From assembly GCF_009914755.1 (NCBI RefSeq), contig NC_060930.1: a stretch of 64,000 nt of DNA; one strand, written 5' to 3'. Numbering within the stretch: position 1 is the stretch's first letter; every line of letters starts with the position of its first letter. Shown here one piece after another: positions 1-25,135 of the stretch. This DNA comes from the human T2T-CHM13v2.0 reference genome, Homo sapiens. The notes under the pieces are model-generated. The model had not been told where the DNA came from, searched no databases, and saw only the letters and a list, made by a program, of their open reading frames with translations. The position numbers were made by a program, and so were the translations under genes.

Positions 1-102
1 AAAAACAATTCTTGTACAGGTTTTTGTGTGAATATAAGTTTTTTTCTTTATTTCTCTAGGGTAAATAACTAGAAGTGTGAATGCTGGGTCATTGTGATTT
101 GA

Positions 103-1870
<1,768 letters not shown>

Positions 1871-1968
1871 TAGTGTCACGTTTAAGGACTCTTTAACCCC
1901 AGATCACAAAGATTTTCTCCTATGTATTCCTCCAGATGTTGTATAGTTTTAGGCCTTACATTTAGATC

Positions 1969-2030
1969 TCCTTCCTTCCTTCCTTCCTTCCTTCCCTCCC
2001 TCCATTCCTTCCTTCCTTCTTTCCTTCCTT
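1969..2030. repeat. (CCTT)n microsatellite
   Basis: Direct reading of ccttccttcctt..., adjoining an antisense Alu monomer tail. Confidence 0.9.
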
Positions 2031-2242
2031 TTTTTTGGACAGGGTCTCACAATTTTGCCCAGGCTGGTCTCAAACACTTGGTTCTAGCAGTCCTCCAGAC
2101 TTGGCCTCCCAAAGTGCTGGGATTACAGATGTGAGTCATGCATATTTTGTATATGGATGTCTGCTTGTTCAAGCACGATTTGTTGCAAAGACTATCCTTT
2201 CTCCATTGAATTGCTTTTGCACCTTTGTCAAAAATCAATTGG

Positions 2243-2579
<337 letters not shown>

Positions 2580-2812
2580 CTATTCTGTTTCATCGATCTA
2601 TGTGTCCATTCCTCTGACAATACAATACCATCCTGTTGCTATATAGCAAATCCTAAAACCAGGTAGCGTAATTCCTCCAACTTTATTCTTCTTTTTCAAA
2701 ATTGTTGTAGCTATTCTTTGCCTTTCCATATAAGTTTTACGATTAATTTGTTTTTATATATACAAATTCCTGCTGGCATTTTTATTAGAATTGTGTTAAA
2801 TCTACAGATCAG

Positions 2813-4520
<1,708 letters not shown>

Positions 4521-5096
4521 ATTCAATTAGTTTGGGGAGAAATAACATCTTTACTATGTTGAGTCTTCCAGTCCACGAACATAGTATGTTTCTCCATTTG
4601 TGTAGATCTTTGATTTCTTTCATCAGCATTTTTTTGTAGTTTTCAGCATAGACATCCTGCATATATTATGTTAGAACATCCTGTGTATGTTGTGTAGGTT
4701 TAGTTATACCCAAATATTTCCTTTTTTGTTTCTTTCTTTTTAGAGCTATTATAAATAGTATTGTGTTCTTAATTTCAGCTTCTAATTACTCATTGCTAAC
4801 ATATAGGAACACAATTGAATTTCATGTGTTGATCTTATATTCTGTGGCCACGAGAAACTCAGTTATTACTTCTAGGAGTTCTATAATAGGTGTCCAGCAT
4901 TCCTAATGGCATTTACTCTGAAAAAATTATATTCATTGCTATAAAATATTCCATCATCTGGCCGGACACAGTAGCTCACGCCTGTAATCCCAGCACTTTG
5001 GGAGGCCGAGGCAGGTAGATCACATGAGGTCAGCAGTTGGAGACCAGCATGGCCAACATGATGAAACCCCATCTCCACTAAAAATATAAAAACTAG

Positions 5097-6685
<1,589 letters not shown>

Positions 6686-6733
6686 AAAAACTAGCCAGGT
6701 GCAGTGGTGCGCACCTGTAATCCCAGTTACTCA

Positions 6734-8873
<2,140 letters not shown>

Positions 8874-9729
8874 TCACCCTGCTGTATAGCAAACAGGGCC
8901 CAGGCAGGAAATGGAATCCAACCAAAGGGTGCAAGAGGCTTTAATGGAAGGACGACAGGGGTGGGGGCAGGGTGAAGGGGATCAACCTGGGTATTGGGAC
9001 CGGCAGTGATGACAAGACACTGCAACTTCTGGGCTGAAAGGGCAATGGGAAAATGCAGTGTTCCCGAGCTGACATCATGAGGGGGCATAGCCACAGTCAG
9101 ACCAAGGACCAAAACAGGGCCAGGAGTACCCTGACTTCTCTCTCGCCTCCCCTCAGGTCGGCTGCATGGGTGCTGCTCAACAGAAAGCCAGCTGGTAAGG
9201 GAGCCCGGGCCACGAAGTCGGCATGGGAGGGGAAGGGGCGGGGCGAAGGAAGAATAACAAGCATAGGGAAGCAGGATTATCCTGCTCCATGCCATTTCGC
9301 AGATAAGAAGACTGAGGCCCAGAGACATGAAGTAACCTGCCGGCTGCCACAGAGCTGGGAAGGTGGAGCTAGAGGAGAGCCAGGCTCTGAGGCCCTCCGC
9401 CCAGCCTCCTAATACAATCCCAGCCTCAAGGCGCGAGCAGAGCGCGGAGCAGGCCAGCACCCCATGCTCCCGGTCTCCCTCCTCTCTCCTCCCTCCCCTC
9501 ACTGCTCAGCTCTCCCACCCTCCCACCTTCTGTCTGCCTTAGCTGGGCCTCCCCTGGCCTCCTCTCAAGAAGGCTGTGGCCCCTTTCCTCTGTGTGCTTC
9601 CCCACTTTGTCTCTCCCTTTTTTCTCAGTCTTCTTGTCTCCCTCACTCAGTCGCTGTCTTCATTTCCCTCAGTCTTTCCCTATAGCAGGCTCACAAGGGT
9701 GCATCCTCCTAAGGCTCAGTTTCTTTGCC

Positions 9730-10200
9730 ATTCCCGAGCTCCGCCCCCTCTGCCCGCCGTGGCCCCGCCCCTGCCGGGCCGCCCTCCCCTGCGCTGGGCG
9801 GCGGGCCGGGTGGCAGGCGGGGGCGGGGCCGGGGCTGGCGCGGCGCCGGCCTGAGTCACACGCATGAGGCAGCGTGAGTCAGGCGCGGAGGGAAGTCCCT
9901 GCGGAAGGGGCTTTCGGAGCTGCAGTCGAATCGCAGGGAAAGAGAAAGTGTTCGAAACGCTGCTTTGACACAGTGACCTTGTGTGAGCACTAGCTGCACA
10001 CACCCCCCCCACCCACGCCCTCCCCGCAGACAGCAGCACGCACACCCCCGGCCGGCTCACGGTACGCGGCCGCTGCCCGCACTCCCGGGCCGGGCCTGCG
10101 CGTCCCTGTGGGGTTGGGCGAGCGGGGTATCGAGGGTCCAGCAGCCTGGACCCGGCCCCTCCACAGGGCAGTCCCTTTTCCAGCTTCCAAAAGCTAGCGT
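9730..10200. promoter_or_regulatory. Small orphan CpG island, candidate enhancer with GC boxes and AP-1 sites
   Basis: High CpG/GC content, GGGGCGGGGC boxes, TGAGTCA at 9852-9858 and 9875-9881. Confidence 0.7.
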
Positions 10201-10583
10201 TGCTCACCTACTGCCAGACCCCAGACCCACTTCTCCCACGAGGTGTAAAGAAGGACCCCTGAGGGTCTTCCACGTCACCTTGTGGAGCCTCGTGGAGTAT
10301 GGCAGAAGGAGGAGGGCAATTTGAGGTCCTGCAGCGCCCGGGGGAACCAGGGATGAACTCCCTCCTGCCCCCAGGCTCTCCTCCTCATCCTAGAATCAAT
10401 CGATGGGATTCAGTTACAGAAATATTTATTAAACACCGACTATATGCCAAGTTATAAAAACCTGGGACAAGATGGTAAACAAAGCAGGACAGTAAACAAA
10501 ATATATTAACCCCTGCCTTTCAGGAACTGGCATTCTAGTTAGGTGAGGGAGATGATAAACAAAAAATAAGCAAATGATCTAGG

Positions 10584-11400
10584 CTAGTGCTGCCCGATAG
10601 AAATAGAAGGGAAGCCATGAATGTAATGTTTAATTTTGTAGTAACCATGTTAAGATGGTAAAAAGAAACACATGAAATTAACTTTAATTTTTTTTTTTTT
10701 GAGACCGAGTTTCGCTCTTGTTGCCCAGGCTGGAATACAATGATGTCGACTCACCACAACCTCTGCCTCCTGAATTCAAGCAATTCCCCTGCCTCAGCCT
10801 CCCAAGTAGCTGGGATTACAGGTATTCACCACCACTCCTGACTAATTTTGTATTTTTGGTAGAGATGGAGTTTCTCCATGTTGGTCAGGCTGGTCTCGAA
10901 CTCCCGACCTCAGGTGATCCGCCCGCCTTGACCTCCCAAAGTGCTGGGATTACAGGCGTGAGCCACCGCGCCTGGCCAATTTTAATTTTTTTTTTTAAGG
11001 AACCGGGTCTTCTTAAAGGGTTCCTTAAGGAACCAGGTCTCTACTTTGTGGTCCAGGCTGGAGTTCAGTGGTGCGATCATACCTCACTGCGGCCTCCAAC
11101 TCCTGATGCTCCTGCCTCAGCCTTCCAAAGCCCTGAGATTACAGGCGTGAGCCACTGGGCTTGGCCAAAATTAACTTTAATAATATATTCTATTTAATCC
11201 AATATATCCAGATGTTACCATTTCAACATGTAATCAATATACAAAAAACTATTGAGTTTTTCTTTTTCTTTTTTCTTGTACTAAGCCTTGTAAATCCAGT
11301 GAGTACTTATACTTCCAGCACATTTCAGCTCAGCCTGAACACATTCCCAGCACTCAGTGGCCACATGTGCCTAATGGCTATAGCAATGGGCAGCAGAGTC
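10584..11400 (+). mobile_element. MER33-like hAT DNA transposon interrupted by two antisense Alus (10688-11167)
   Basis: AGTGCTGCCCGATAGAAAT...GAAATTAACTTTAA [Alus] TAATATATTCTATTTAATCCAATATATCC...GGCCACATGTGCCTAATGGCT; TSD AAATTAACTTTAAT. Confidence 0.7.
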
Positions 11401-13819
11401 TTGATGTTAGATGTGGGCTGTGGAACATAAGGAAAGTAGAGGCGGGCAAAGGGGCTGGGATAGGAAGCGCTAAGTGGGGGTGGTCTGCCCTGGGCAGCCC
11501 TGACCGGGTGGTGAGGACAGGAGTCGGGCCACAGATAAGACCTGCAGATTACCTGCAATCTGAATCCAGGCTTGGCCACTGGCCTTCGCAATTCACCTGA
11601 CCTTGCTGAATAAGGGCATTTTCCTCCAGTGTGGATTGGAGTTATGCATCTGAGGCTATGAGGCACTCATTAAATGTTATCCTTATCTCACCTGTCTGCA
11701 ACAGTAGGCAGGGCACAGGCCCCCAATCTCAGAGTCACATCCTTTCCACCCGCAACTCTTATGGCCACCAAAGGCGGCCTATGCCCCACCCCACCCCCAG
11801 ACCCTCCATCTTTTATCCATTTCTACTCCTTGCTACAGCAAGATACTTAACCTTCTCAGGCTTCTGTTTCACTACGTAGTAGGTGCTTTAAGCTCTTCAA
11901 AGAAAAGCATTGTAGACTTCCAGAAGACCAAGCCACCCTCTTAAGATGGACCCAGGCCAATGCTGAGGTGGGTGGGGCCAGCAGGTTCCAGGTGCCAACC
12001 CCACCACACCTCTTTGGGAACTGGGAGAAAAACCGGCCCTCTTTTCCGGAGGTTGCGGTGAGCCGAGATCACGCCATTGCACTCCAGCCTAGGCAACAAG
12101 AGCAAAAATCTGTCTCAAAAAAAAAACGACTGGCCCTCTTTTCTGCCCACAACAGCCATCCTACCCTCAAAGCCCCTTCCAGCCAAGGACAAAAATGATA
12201 TGAAAGGATGCATCTGAAATGCACACAGATCCCAGGGAGCAGGGGTGGAGGAGAGGGCCCCAAGTCAAGAAGCTGCTTCGAGAGGAGCTGTTGATCACTG
12301 TTATACACTCCACCTCCACCTGGGCTGGTAGGCAACAGGCCCACAAACACAAGAGAAGTATTGGGATCAACAACCAGCCCTTCCTGGGGGACCTGTGGGA
12401 CCAAGATTGAGACTGCAGCAAGGCTGGAGGTGGGAGATGAAAGCAGGCCCAGAAGTGCCCAGACAAGCAGCAGCAGGACCAGCCTTGGGATGCAGACCCG
12501 CCCTTGCCCCTCACCAAAAGCCGGGGATCTCAACAGGCCCCCTGTATGATGACACAGAAACCTGAATGTCAGCAGCTTCTGCCTGACACTGCCCATGGCG
12601 AGCTCCACTGCTCTTCCAGGGAGTCCCGGGCAGCTGCCAGCAGGGAAGGCCCTGGAGTTTCTCTACTCGCTAGCTTACCAGTCTCCCTTACAGATCCCAC
12701 CCCAGACTGCAAGGCATGCCCAGTTCCCAGTAGCTGTATTTCCCGCCATCCAGCAGACCTCAGAGGGAAGGCAGGAGTTGGGAGGTGTCCCAGCCTGGGC
12801 TGGCCACCAGATTCACGCTGCTCACCCTCTAGGCCACTCAGGTATTCTAGAGACCCCCTAGTGGCTGGGTTCCTAGAAAGTAAGAAAATAAAGAGGCTCC
12901 AACCCAATTTACAGCGAGGACTAACTGGGTCTTAGAGGGTATATCGACCCCCGGGATTTATGGGTGGGGGAAAGACCTGAGGACTGGGTGAGCAGGGAGC
13001 AGGAGAGGAGGTTGGCGTGGAAGAGGGAGCCAGCTGGGCCGCTCCCCACCACCATCTCCTAGCCAGATTCCAGACCAGCAGGCTTGCCCAGCTTGGCCTG
13101 CCTCCCTCCTCCGCTCTCCCACCAGTGGCTACCTCCCCTCCCCCAGCTACCCACTTCCTCTACCCCTCCCCCAGCCCTTTTCACTCTCATTCAACCATCC
13201 ATTCACCAAACTTTTGCTGAGCGCCAAGTTCCCCTTAGGCCCTGGTGCGAAGCTTGTGGGTGTGGAGAAGAACAAAACAAAGCCTTGGAGGCTTCCCACA
13301 AATCTCCAGCTTGGTGTTGGCCCCTTTCCCCTAGCCCACCTCCACCCCAGCCCAGACCCCCACCCCTCGACCTCCACCCGGCTCTCAGTTCCATCTCCTG
13401 ACTTTGGCCCACAGCTTGTGGGGCTGTATGTCCCACCCCAGGTACCCCTGTGCTTCTGGTTTCAGGCAGGCAGCGTACCCTCCTGCCCCTTCTAGGACGG
13501 AGACCCCAATACCATACTCAGCCCTGAGAAAGGTTCGGGGTGAGGACGCAGGGTGGCCTGGAGTCCTGGTCTCACATGACTCCCTAATCAGGACAGTGTC
13601 CCCTAGCCGTGACACACCTTCAGTAAATGGTGCAGCCTGTAGAGGCAGAAGGAAATGACCCAAAACTCATGCAAACCCAGACAGCGGTGGGAGGGAGCCT
13701 GCCCACAGCTAATGATGGAGAACAGTCAGGCTTGGAGGCTCAGGGCAGCCAGACCTGGGGTCACTGTTCCCCCTCCACAGCCCACAACACATTCCCACCT
13801 GGCTTAGAAAGCAGGAAAG

Positions 13820-18428
<4,609 letters not shown>

Positions 18429-21400
18429 AGACCTGGTTTTAATACCTGTGAAATGGGGCAACAGTATCACTCACCAGTAGGGATGTGGAGGATCTGAGAG
18501 AACATGTGCATTCAGTATATGCTTATCAACTCCACTCTCTCCTTAGATTTCTTCAGGGGTTGGAGAGGAGCTGGGCTTCCTTGGGGATTTAGCCCTGAAG
18601 AAGTAAGCTGACAAGTCCATGGCATCTTGGGGCCATGCAAGGTGGGTCATTAGCTCACAGTAGGAAGGCGGAGAGGGCCCTGATTCCTGGGCCCTCCTTT
18701 TCACTTGAGAGTTTTTCCCTCGAAAGTTGGAAGCAGCAGAGGCCCTCCTCCCCTTCTAGGCCTGCCAGCCTTGCTGGCAGCAGAACTTGTGGTCAGCAGA
18801 GCCTGGAAGCCTGATCCTGCCAGATGACCAGATGCACTAGTAGCTGGGTGACTCTTGAGGAGAGTGGTCAAACATTGTGTACCAGGGTAGCCCCACCTCC
18901 TACCGGCCTGGGTCAGTCCTGGTTGATAGGGGCCAGGTCAGGTTTATGCCTGTTGTCTGGCCATAAGTATTAATAGTGCCGCTTTCACTCTGAAGTGCCC
19001 TGCTCGTCTGCTGAAGCTGAGCATACACATCCTGTGATCCAATAATTCCTCTCCTAGGAACGTACGCAACAGAAATTTGCACATCTACTCACCTATATTC
19101 TAGAACATTCATGGCAGCACTATTCATAATAGCCCCCCGCCAGAAACTATCCAAATGTCCTTCAACAGAATGGATATAAAATTGTGGTACATTCATATCA
19201 CATCACTAAGCAGCCCTGAGAATGAACATTCTGCAGCCACACACAATAGCATGGATGAACCTCACAGACATAAGGGTAAGCAAAGGAAACTAACCCAGGA
19301 GAATACATAATGTAAGACTCCATATCCCTACGTGTGCACGAACAGGTGAAACGAAGCGCTGCTTAAGTTGAGATGGTGGTTACACAGGGGTACTGGAGAT
19401 GTTGTATTTCTTGGTCTGCATGCTGGTGACACAAAGGTGTTCACTTTGTGAAAATGCATCAAGCTGAATACTTAATAGAACTAAATGGAACCATCCACAT
19501 TAGTTTTTTCACCTACTCATCTAGAAAATGAGCTTAAGAGTCAGCGTCCCAAAATATAAAGTTGACTCAAACTCCCCATTCCCTGGACATTCCCATTGGG
19601 TTCACTGAAGCTCACTGGGTCGTCCTTGAGCAAACTGTATAGACTGACTCCAATAACAGAAAATGCTTCCTGTGGGGAAGACGGGTTCTGGTATCGACCA
19701 ACTCAACCCCCCGGGCCTTGACCATGTCCTTGGCCTGGAATAGCTCCCTCTTCCTGCTTGCCCTGTCCCCAACTCCTCAGCCACCCACCTATCCAAGTCT
19801 CACGAAGGCCTGCTCAAGCCCGTCTCCTCCAGGACTTCCCTGACCACCCTGGGCTCCCATCCTCTCCTCCTGTATTTCCTCCTAAGTCTGTAAGCGCCTG
19901 ACCCCTTGGTCCAAGTTTCAAGAGTGCAGGGGACTTTGTTCATTAATTGTACCCCAAGAATTTGGCCCAGTTCCTGCTACAGAGTAGGTTCTCAATAACT
20001 ACTGAATGAAATGTTTTCTAACATGGCATCTCCTGTACTGCTATTCAGTTTTCTCTAGTGCAGGCCTGATTCTGATTTCCCTAGACGTGAAATTCGCTGG
20101 GACAAGGACTAGATCCTACCCATCTTTTTATCTCTACCACTCGCTCTTCTGCTTAATACTTATTTAAAGGGGAAAGAAAGGAAAGACAGTGAATTCAGGG
20201 CATTGACAATCCAGAAAGCGTGGAGGTGGGGGTCAGTGAGTAGAGAGTTATTTGGATTTCAAGGGTGTGGGTAATCCTGGAGAGGAACAAGCTACTATAT
20301 TTATTTGCCTACGAATTTATTTATACCTGCCTCCTTCCAGAAAGGGTTTGAGGTGGCTGACAAAAATACACACAATACAAGGTAAAAAACAAGTCGCTGA
20401 GGAAATCAGGCCGAGAGGAAAATAAGAGTAGGAAAAATAAGATCGAGTCGGCTTGCTACAAGTGGGCCAAAAAGTTGGCCAAGTTTTCCACAGCCCACTC
20501 GAGGCGGAAGTCCCTCTCCCCTCCCCGTCTCAGGGGCGGCCACACGTCCCACACGGACGGGGAGAGATGTACCCGAGAGAGAGGGCGGACAGGACCCTCT
20601 CCGCACCTCCCCAGCCGCCAGGCCGCCAGCCCGGTGCCCGGGCCTAGCAGCCTCCGCGGCCTTGGAGAGCGCGAAGTGGAGGGGCGCGCGGCTCTGGGGG
20701 GCAGCCCGAGCCCAGACCTGGGTCCCAAGGTGCTGGCGGGGAGCCTGTGACCTGGGACGGGGTGCTGGAGGCTGAGGAATCGCGCCTCCATGCCACGCCG
20801 CAGAGGTTCCAGCGCTCGAAACCGAACGCCCTCCAGCCACCACCACTCACGGCCTACTAAGCGCGCGCTCCGGGCCCAGGGCACAAAGATGGAGGGAGCG
20901 GCGCGATCCACCCGCCCCACCCCCACCCACCAGACAAAGGGGCAGGCCGCCCCTCCCCCAGCCTTCTTCGCGGGCCCCGCCGCCCTCTGCTCCCCTCCCC
21001 TCGGGCCGCCCTTTGGTGACTTCCTTTCCCCTCCAAGGGCGGCCCCGGGACTTCTCAGGAACTGCGTTTCACCTGGACGTGGGGCGGGGAGCCGGCGCGC
21101 AGAGGGCGGCCTCCGGGCCCACCCCTAGGCCGAGCCGGCCCCAGGCCCGCGCCCTCCCCTTTGAACCCGCGCTCCCGGCCCCTGGCGCCTTCCCGCCCAG
21201 GCGCCCCCGCCCCCACCCGGTCAAGCACGTGCTGCCCGGGCCCCGAGCGCTTCCCGCCGCACGGGTGGGGGCTGGGCCCACCCCCCGCCCGCTCCCCACC
21301 CCCACCGGAAACATTCCTGCCACATTCCTGCAACTGCGAGGCCCAGCCCGCCGCTCCCCACCCCGCCTCCGCGCCGGGCCCAGGGCTTTCCTGCGTCCCC

Positions 21401-22574
21401 TCCACCGCCGGCTCGCCCCCTGAGGAGGGGGCTGGGCCAGGGCCTCGGCTGACCGGGGAGGAAGAAGGGGAGCAGAGAAAAACATGAGTCACAGCCGTGT
21501 GTCACTGGAGCGCATTTCAATTCCCTGCATCACAGGAGGTGTGGAAGGCCGCCTCGGGGACCGGGCGCGGGAGGTGCGCCCGAGAAGGCCCCGGGCCGGC
21601 CTGCAGGGCGCGCCGCTCCGCCTGCGCCCTTTCCTCCCCCACCGCCCTCCCCGCCATCTTCCCCTTTGGCTTCCTTCTCGCTCGGTGCAACAAGTCTTTG
21701 TTAAGCCGGGCGCCGGGCGGGCCAGGCGTGGCGGAGATGGCCTGCGTGCTCGGCCCCTGCCCTCAAAGCGCTTCCAGGCGACCTCTGGCCCACCTTTTAT
21801 TTTTATTTACAGTCCCAACGGAAGAGCCCAGGTCCCCAAGTGGGCCTGCGTATCTCCAGAACACCATCTAAGTCACCTCAAGGTATGAAGCCTCCCTTGG
21901 GTGTACCTGCCAACGAGCCAATCGTTGGTTTCGCTGGAAGGCTCCACCTTGATCATGGCTCGCTGGTGGCCATTAATAAAACACTTTGGATTTCACAAGT
22001 TTCACGTTTGAATTTCACAAGACTTGTATCTCACCAATCAGCCACACGCGGGTTGACACTGAAAGGCACATGCTGACACCTGTCCGCCCAGGGGAAATCT
22101 ACCATCTCTCTATTTTAGTTAGGGGGCGGCGTGTAGGCCGCGGAATTCTCTAACGAGCGCGTTTCTCTTCACCCCCTGGGCCCGCGTGGACCCCCGTCCA
22201 CCCCCACACGCCCTGGGGGGGGGGCCGGGCCCACACGCCCTGGAAGCCCCTAGAGGTGACTCTCCCTGGGACCCCTGTACCAGGGAGGAAGGATACCGCC
22301 ACCCGTCACCACCCCCCGCCAGAAGCTCCTTCGTGACTCCTCTGCGCGTGCCTTCCCACACCTCCTCCGTCCGGGACTGCGAGGAGTGGGCGGTCGACTC
22401 GAGTTCGCAGCCCAGGCCTCCCACACGCCCCTCCCTGCCGTCAGCACCCACCCGCGCGGCAGCGGCGGCTGGCGGGCGGCCGCCCTTTTAAATCCCCGGG
22501 CTCATTTGCATGGCCCCGCCCCCTGAGTGACACGGCTGGCGCGGGCGGGCCCGTCCCCCCTGCCCCTGGGTCGC

Positions 22575-22666
22575 TCTTTTTAAGCTCCCCTGAGCCGGTG
22601 CTGCGCTCCTCTAATTGGGACTCCGAGCCGGGGCTATTTCTGGCGCTGGCGCGGCTCCAAGAAGGC
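22575..22666 (+). other. HMGA1: HMGA1 non-coding exon 1 (start approximate)
   Basis: Matches recalled HMGA1 5' UTR; donor GGC|GTGAGT at 22667. Confidence 0.8.
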
Positions 22667-22908
22667 GTGAGTTCGCGGCCGCTCCGGTGGCTTCTTTTTT
22701 TTATATCTATAATTTAATTAAATTATTTATTTATTGAGGCCGCGCACGGGCCGTGCCCAGCTTCCTGCCCCTCGCCATCCTTCGGGGGAGGGGGAATATT
22801 TTTGTCCCCCCGCCTGGCTGTGACACATAAATACCCCGCGGGGGCCTGGGCGGCGAGCACGCGGCGGCGGCGGTCTCTGAGCGCCTCTGCTCTCTCTCCC
22901 GGTTTCAG

Positions 22909-23022
22909 ATCCGCATTTGCTACCAGCGGCGGCCGCGGCGGAGCCAGGCCGGTCCTCAGCGCCCAGCACCGCCGCTCCCGGCAACCCGGAGCGCGCACCG
23001 CAGGCCGGCGGCCGAGCTCGCG
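22909..23022 (+). other. HMGA1: HMGA1 non-coding exon 2
   Basis: Acceptor CTCTCTCCCGGTTTCAG| and donor GCG|GTGAGT. Confidence 0.85.
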
Positions 23023-24997
23023 GTGAGTCGTCCCCGGGGCCCGCGGCGGCGGCGGCGGAGGGGGGCGCCCGCGCCCCCGCCCGCACGTCGCCCCTCCTGC
23101 GAGCCGCCCGGGGCTGCAGCGCGCGCCGCCGGCTTTATTCCCAGGCCGGGGCGGCGCGAGCCGGCGGCGGGGGAGGGCCGCGCGGCGCGGGGGCGGGCGA
23201 CGGGGCCCGGCGGCGCGGGGAGGACGCCCGCACCCCTTCCCCCGCGCCGCGGGCGCCCTGCGGGGGGCGGGGACCCGGGAAAGGCGCGCGGTGGGGGAGG
23301 GGGCGCGCAGCTGCGGCGAGCGCGAGTTGTGCACCCGGCGGAGCCCGGAGGAGCCCGGCGCACCTCGCGCGGCGGCCGCTCCCGCTGGAGCCGGAGCCCG
23401 AGCCCGAGCCCGGGCCCGGGTGAGGGGCGGGGAGAGACACGGGCTGCGGCGCGGCAGGAGAGTGGGGGGTCGGGCGCCCCCCGCAGCTCAGGGAAGTTCT
23501 GGAAGTGAGGGAGATGGGGAGGAACCCCCAAATTCGGCCCTACGCCCTCTCGGCCTTTCTCTCGCGCCCCCTCCGCAGATGAGGCCGGAGCGCGGGCCTG
23601 GGTTTGGGGCTTCACCCCGACCCCACCTCTGGCCTGGCCCGCGCCTCTTCAGCCCCAGGGGCCGGGCCTGCCCTCCGCCCCCACAAACTGGTTTCGCTGC
23701 TTTGCTGGGCTCTGTTGGAACTAGTCCCTTTGACTCCCCGTTTCTATTTTATTTTCTTCTGGGGCTTTATTTTGCGGGGAGGGGACGGAGGGAGGGGGCT
23801 TTCTTCCTCTCCCCCGCGCCCGCGCGCGCCAGGTTTCCTGCCCCAAGGCGGGCTTGGGTGCCCCCTCTGGCAGGAAGTGGGGCCGGGTGCACCCGCGTGG
23901 CGGTGCATGCGGTCGGGGTGCGCTGCTTTCCCGCGCCTGCAGGAGCGGCCTGCGCCCCTCCCCCCGCGCGCCCTGGCCCCGGGTCCCGCCGGCCGGCCTG
24001 CAACGGCCGGGCGCAGACACTTGCAGAGTCACCCTCGGGCCGGGTCTGGAGCCTGATGCCTCGGGGGTTTAGCCCTAGCCGCTAGGCGGGTAGGCAAAGT
24101 GTCGGGTTGAAAGGGTCTCCGGGAACCTACTTCTTCCTGCTCGCCAACTTGCTGTGTGACCTTAGGCAACTCAAGGCTTCTCTGGGCTACTTTTTTACGG
24201 GGGACGGGGAAGAAAACAAGGGAACCCCCAAGATAATTTCCTAGGGCCTTTCCTGCAGAGTCCTTAAGTATTTGAGGAGCACAGTTTGCATGCACAGTGT
24301 ATGGAGGAGACAGGCTTGAGGCCCAAGCGGGCTTATTACAAAGTGAGGGATTGGGGTTAGGCCCTAAATGTAGTTCCTCCAAGACAGGCCTCTGATGTTC
24401 AGAAACAGGTGGAAAAGACGAACGTTTCTTGGCCTCACTGGAAAGGGCCTCGGGCCTTCATTTAGTTCGTGGGGGGTTGGCTGAGGGGATTAAAGGGTCC
24501 CCAGCAGCAAGAGGTGGGGGGAGGCACCAGATGGTATGAGAGCTTCCAGGGAGACCCGCCAAGATCTCCAGGCAGGCCGGGCCAGGCTCTCTGGGATTCC
24601 GGACTGGCTTCGCCCAACTGGAACCCCCTCGATGAGGGGGCCCCAGGCAGACCTTATATGAGGTCAGCACTCGTTTAGTTGATTAATTTTGATGTTTAGT
24701 TTGAAGGGGGACCTGTGGTGTAATATAAGATTCTAATCACTGCCTGTAATTGCAGAGCAGGCCAAGCCACTAATGACGGAGCAGGATAAATCACCAACCA
24801 CCTTGTTTAAAAGGGTCTCCAAGTCTGAAACATTATAAGATAGAATAATTACCAAAGTCCTGCTGTCTGGAGGGTCTCTTGATGCTTGAAAATGGAGGTC
24901 CTGGGCCCTCTAGAAATCACAAGTTTGCAAAAATGTTTTTTTCCTCTCATTGGGGTAAAAACTCTTTTTCTTCTTTTTTTTTTTTCTTTTAAATTAG

Positions 24998-25135
<138 letters not shown>

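Larger units (their letters stand above)
20440..24130. promoter_or_regulatory. HMGA1 promoter CpG island
   Basis: About 3.7 kb of very high CpG density. E-box CACGTG 21226-21231, AP-1 TGAGTCA 21485-21491, octamer ATTTGCAT 22504-22511, GC boxes, TATA-like CATAAATA 22826-22833. Confidence 0.93.

Noticed and set aside
11900-12935. Unique sequence with overlapping ORFs and an AATAAA near 12886
   Set aside because: No recognisable homology or coherent splice structure; a tblastx against mammals would be needed.
20406-24085. Long Pro/Arg/Gly/Ala-rich ORFs on both strands (up to 264 aa)
   Set aside because: Expected from stop-codon scarcity in a CpG island; they overlap the promoter and introns.
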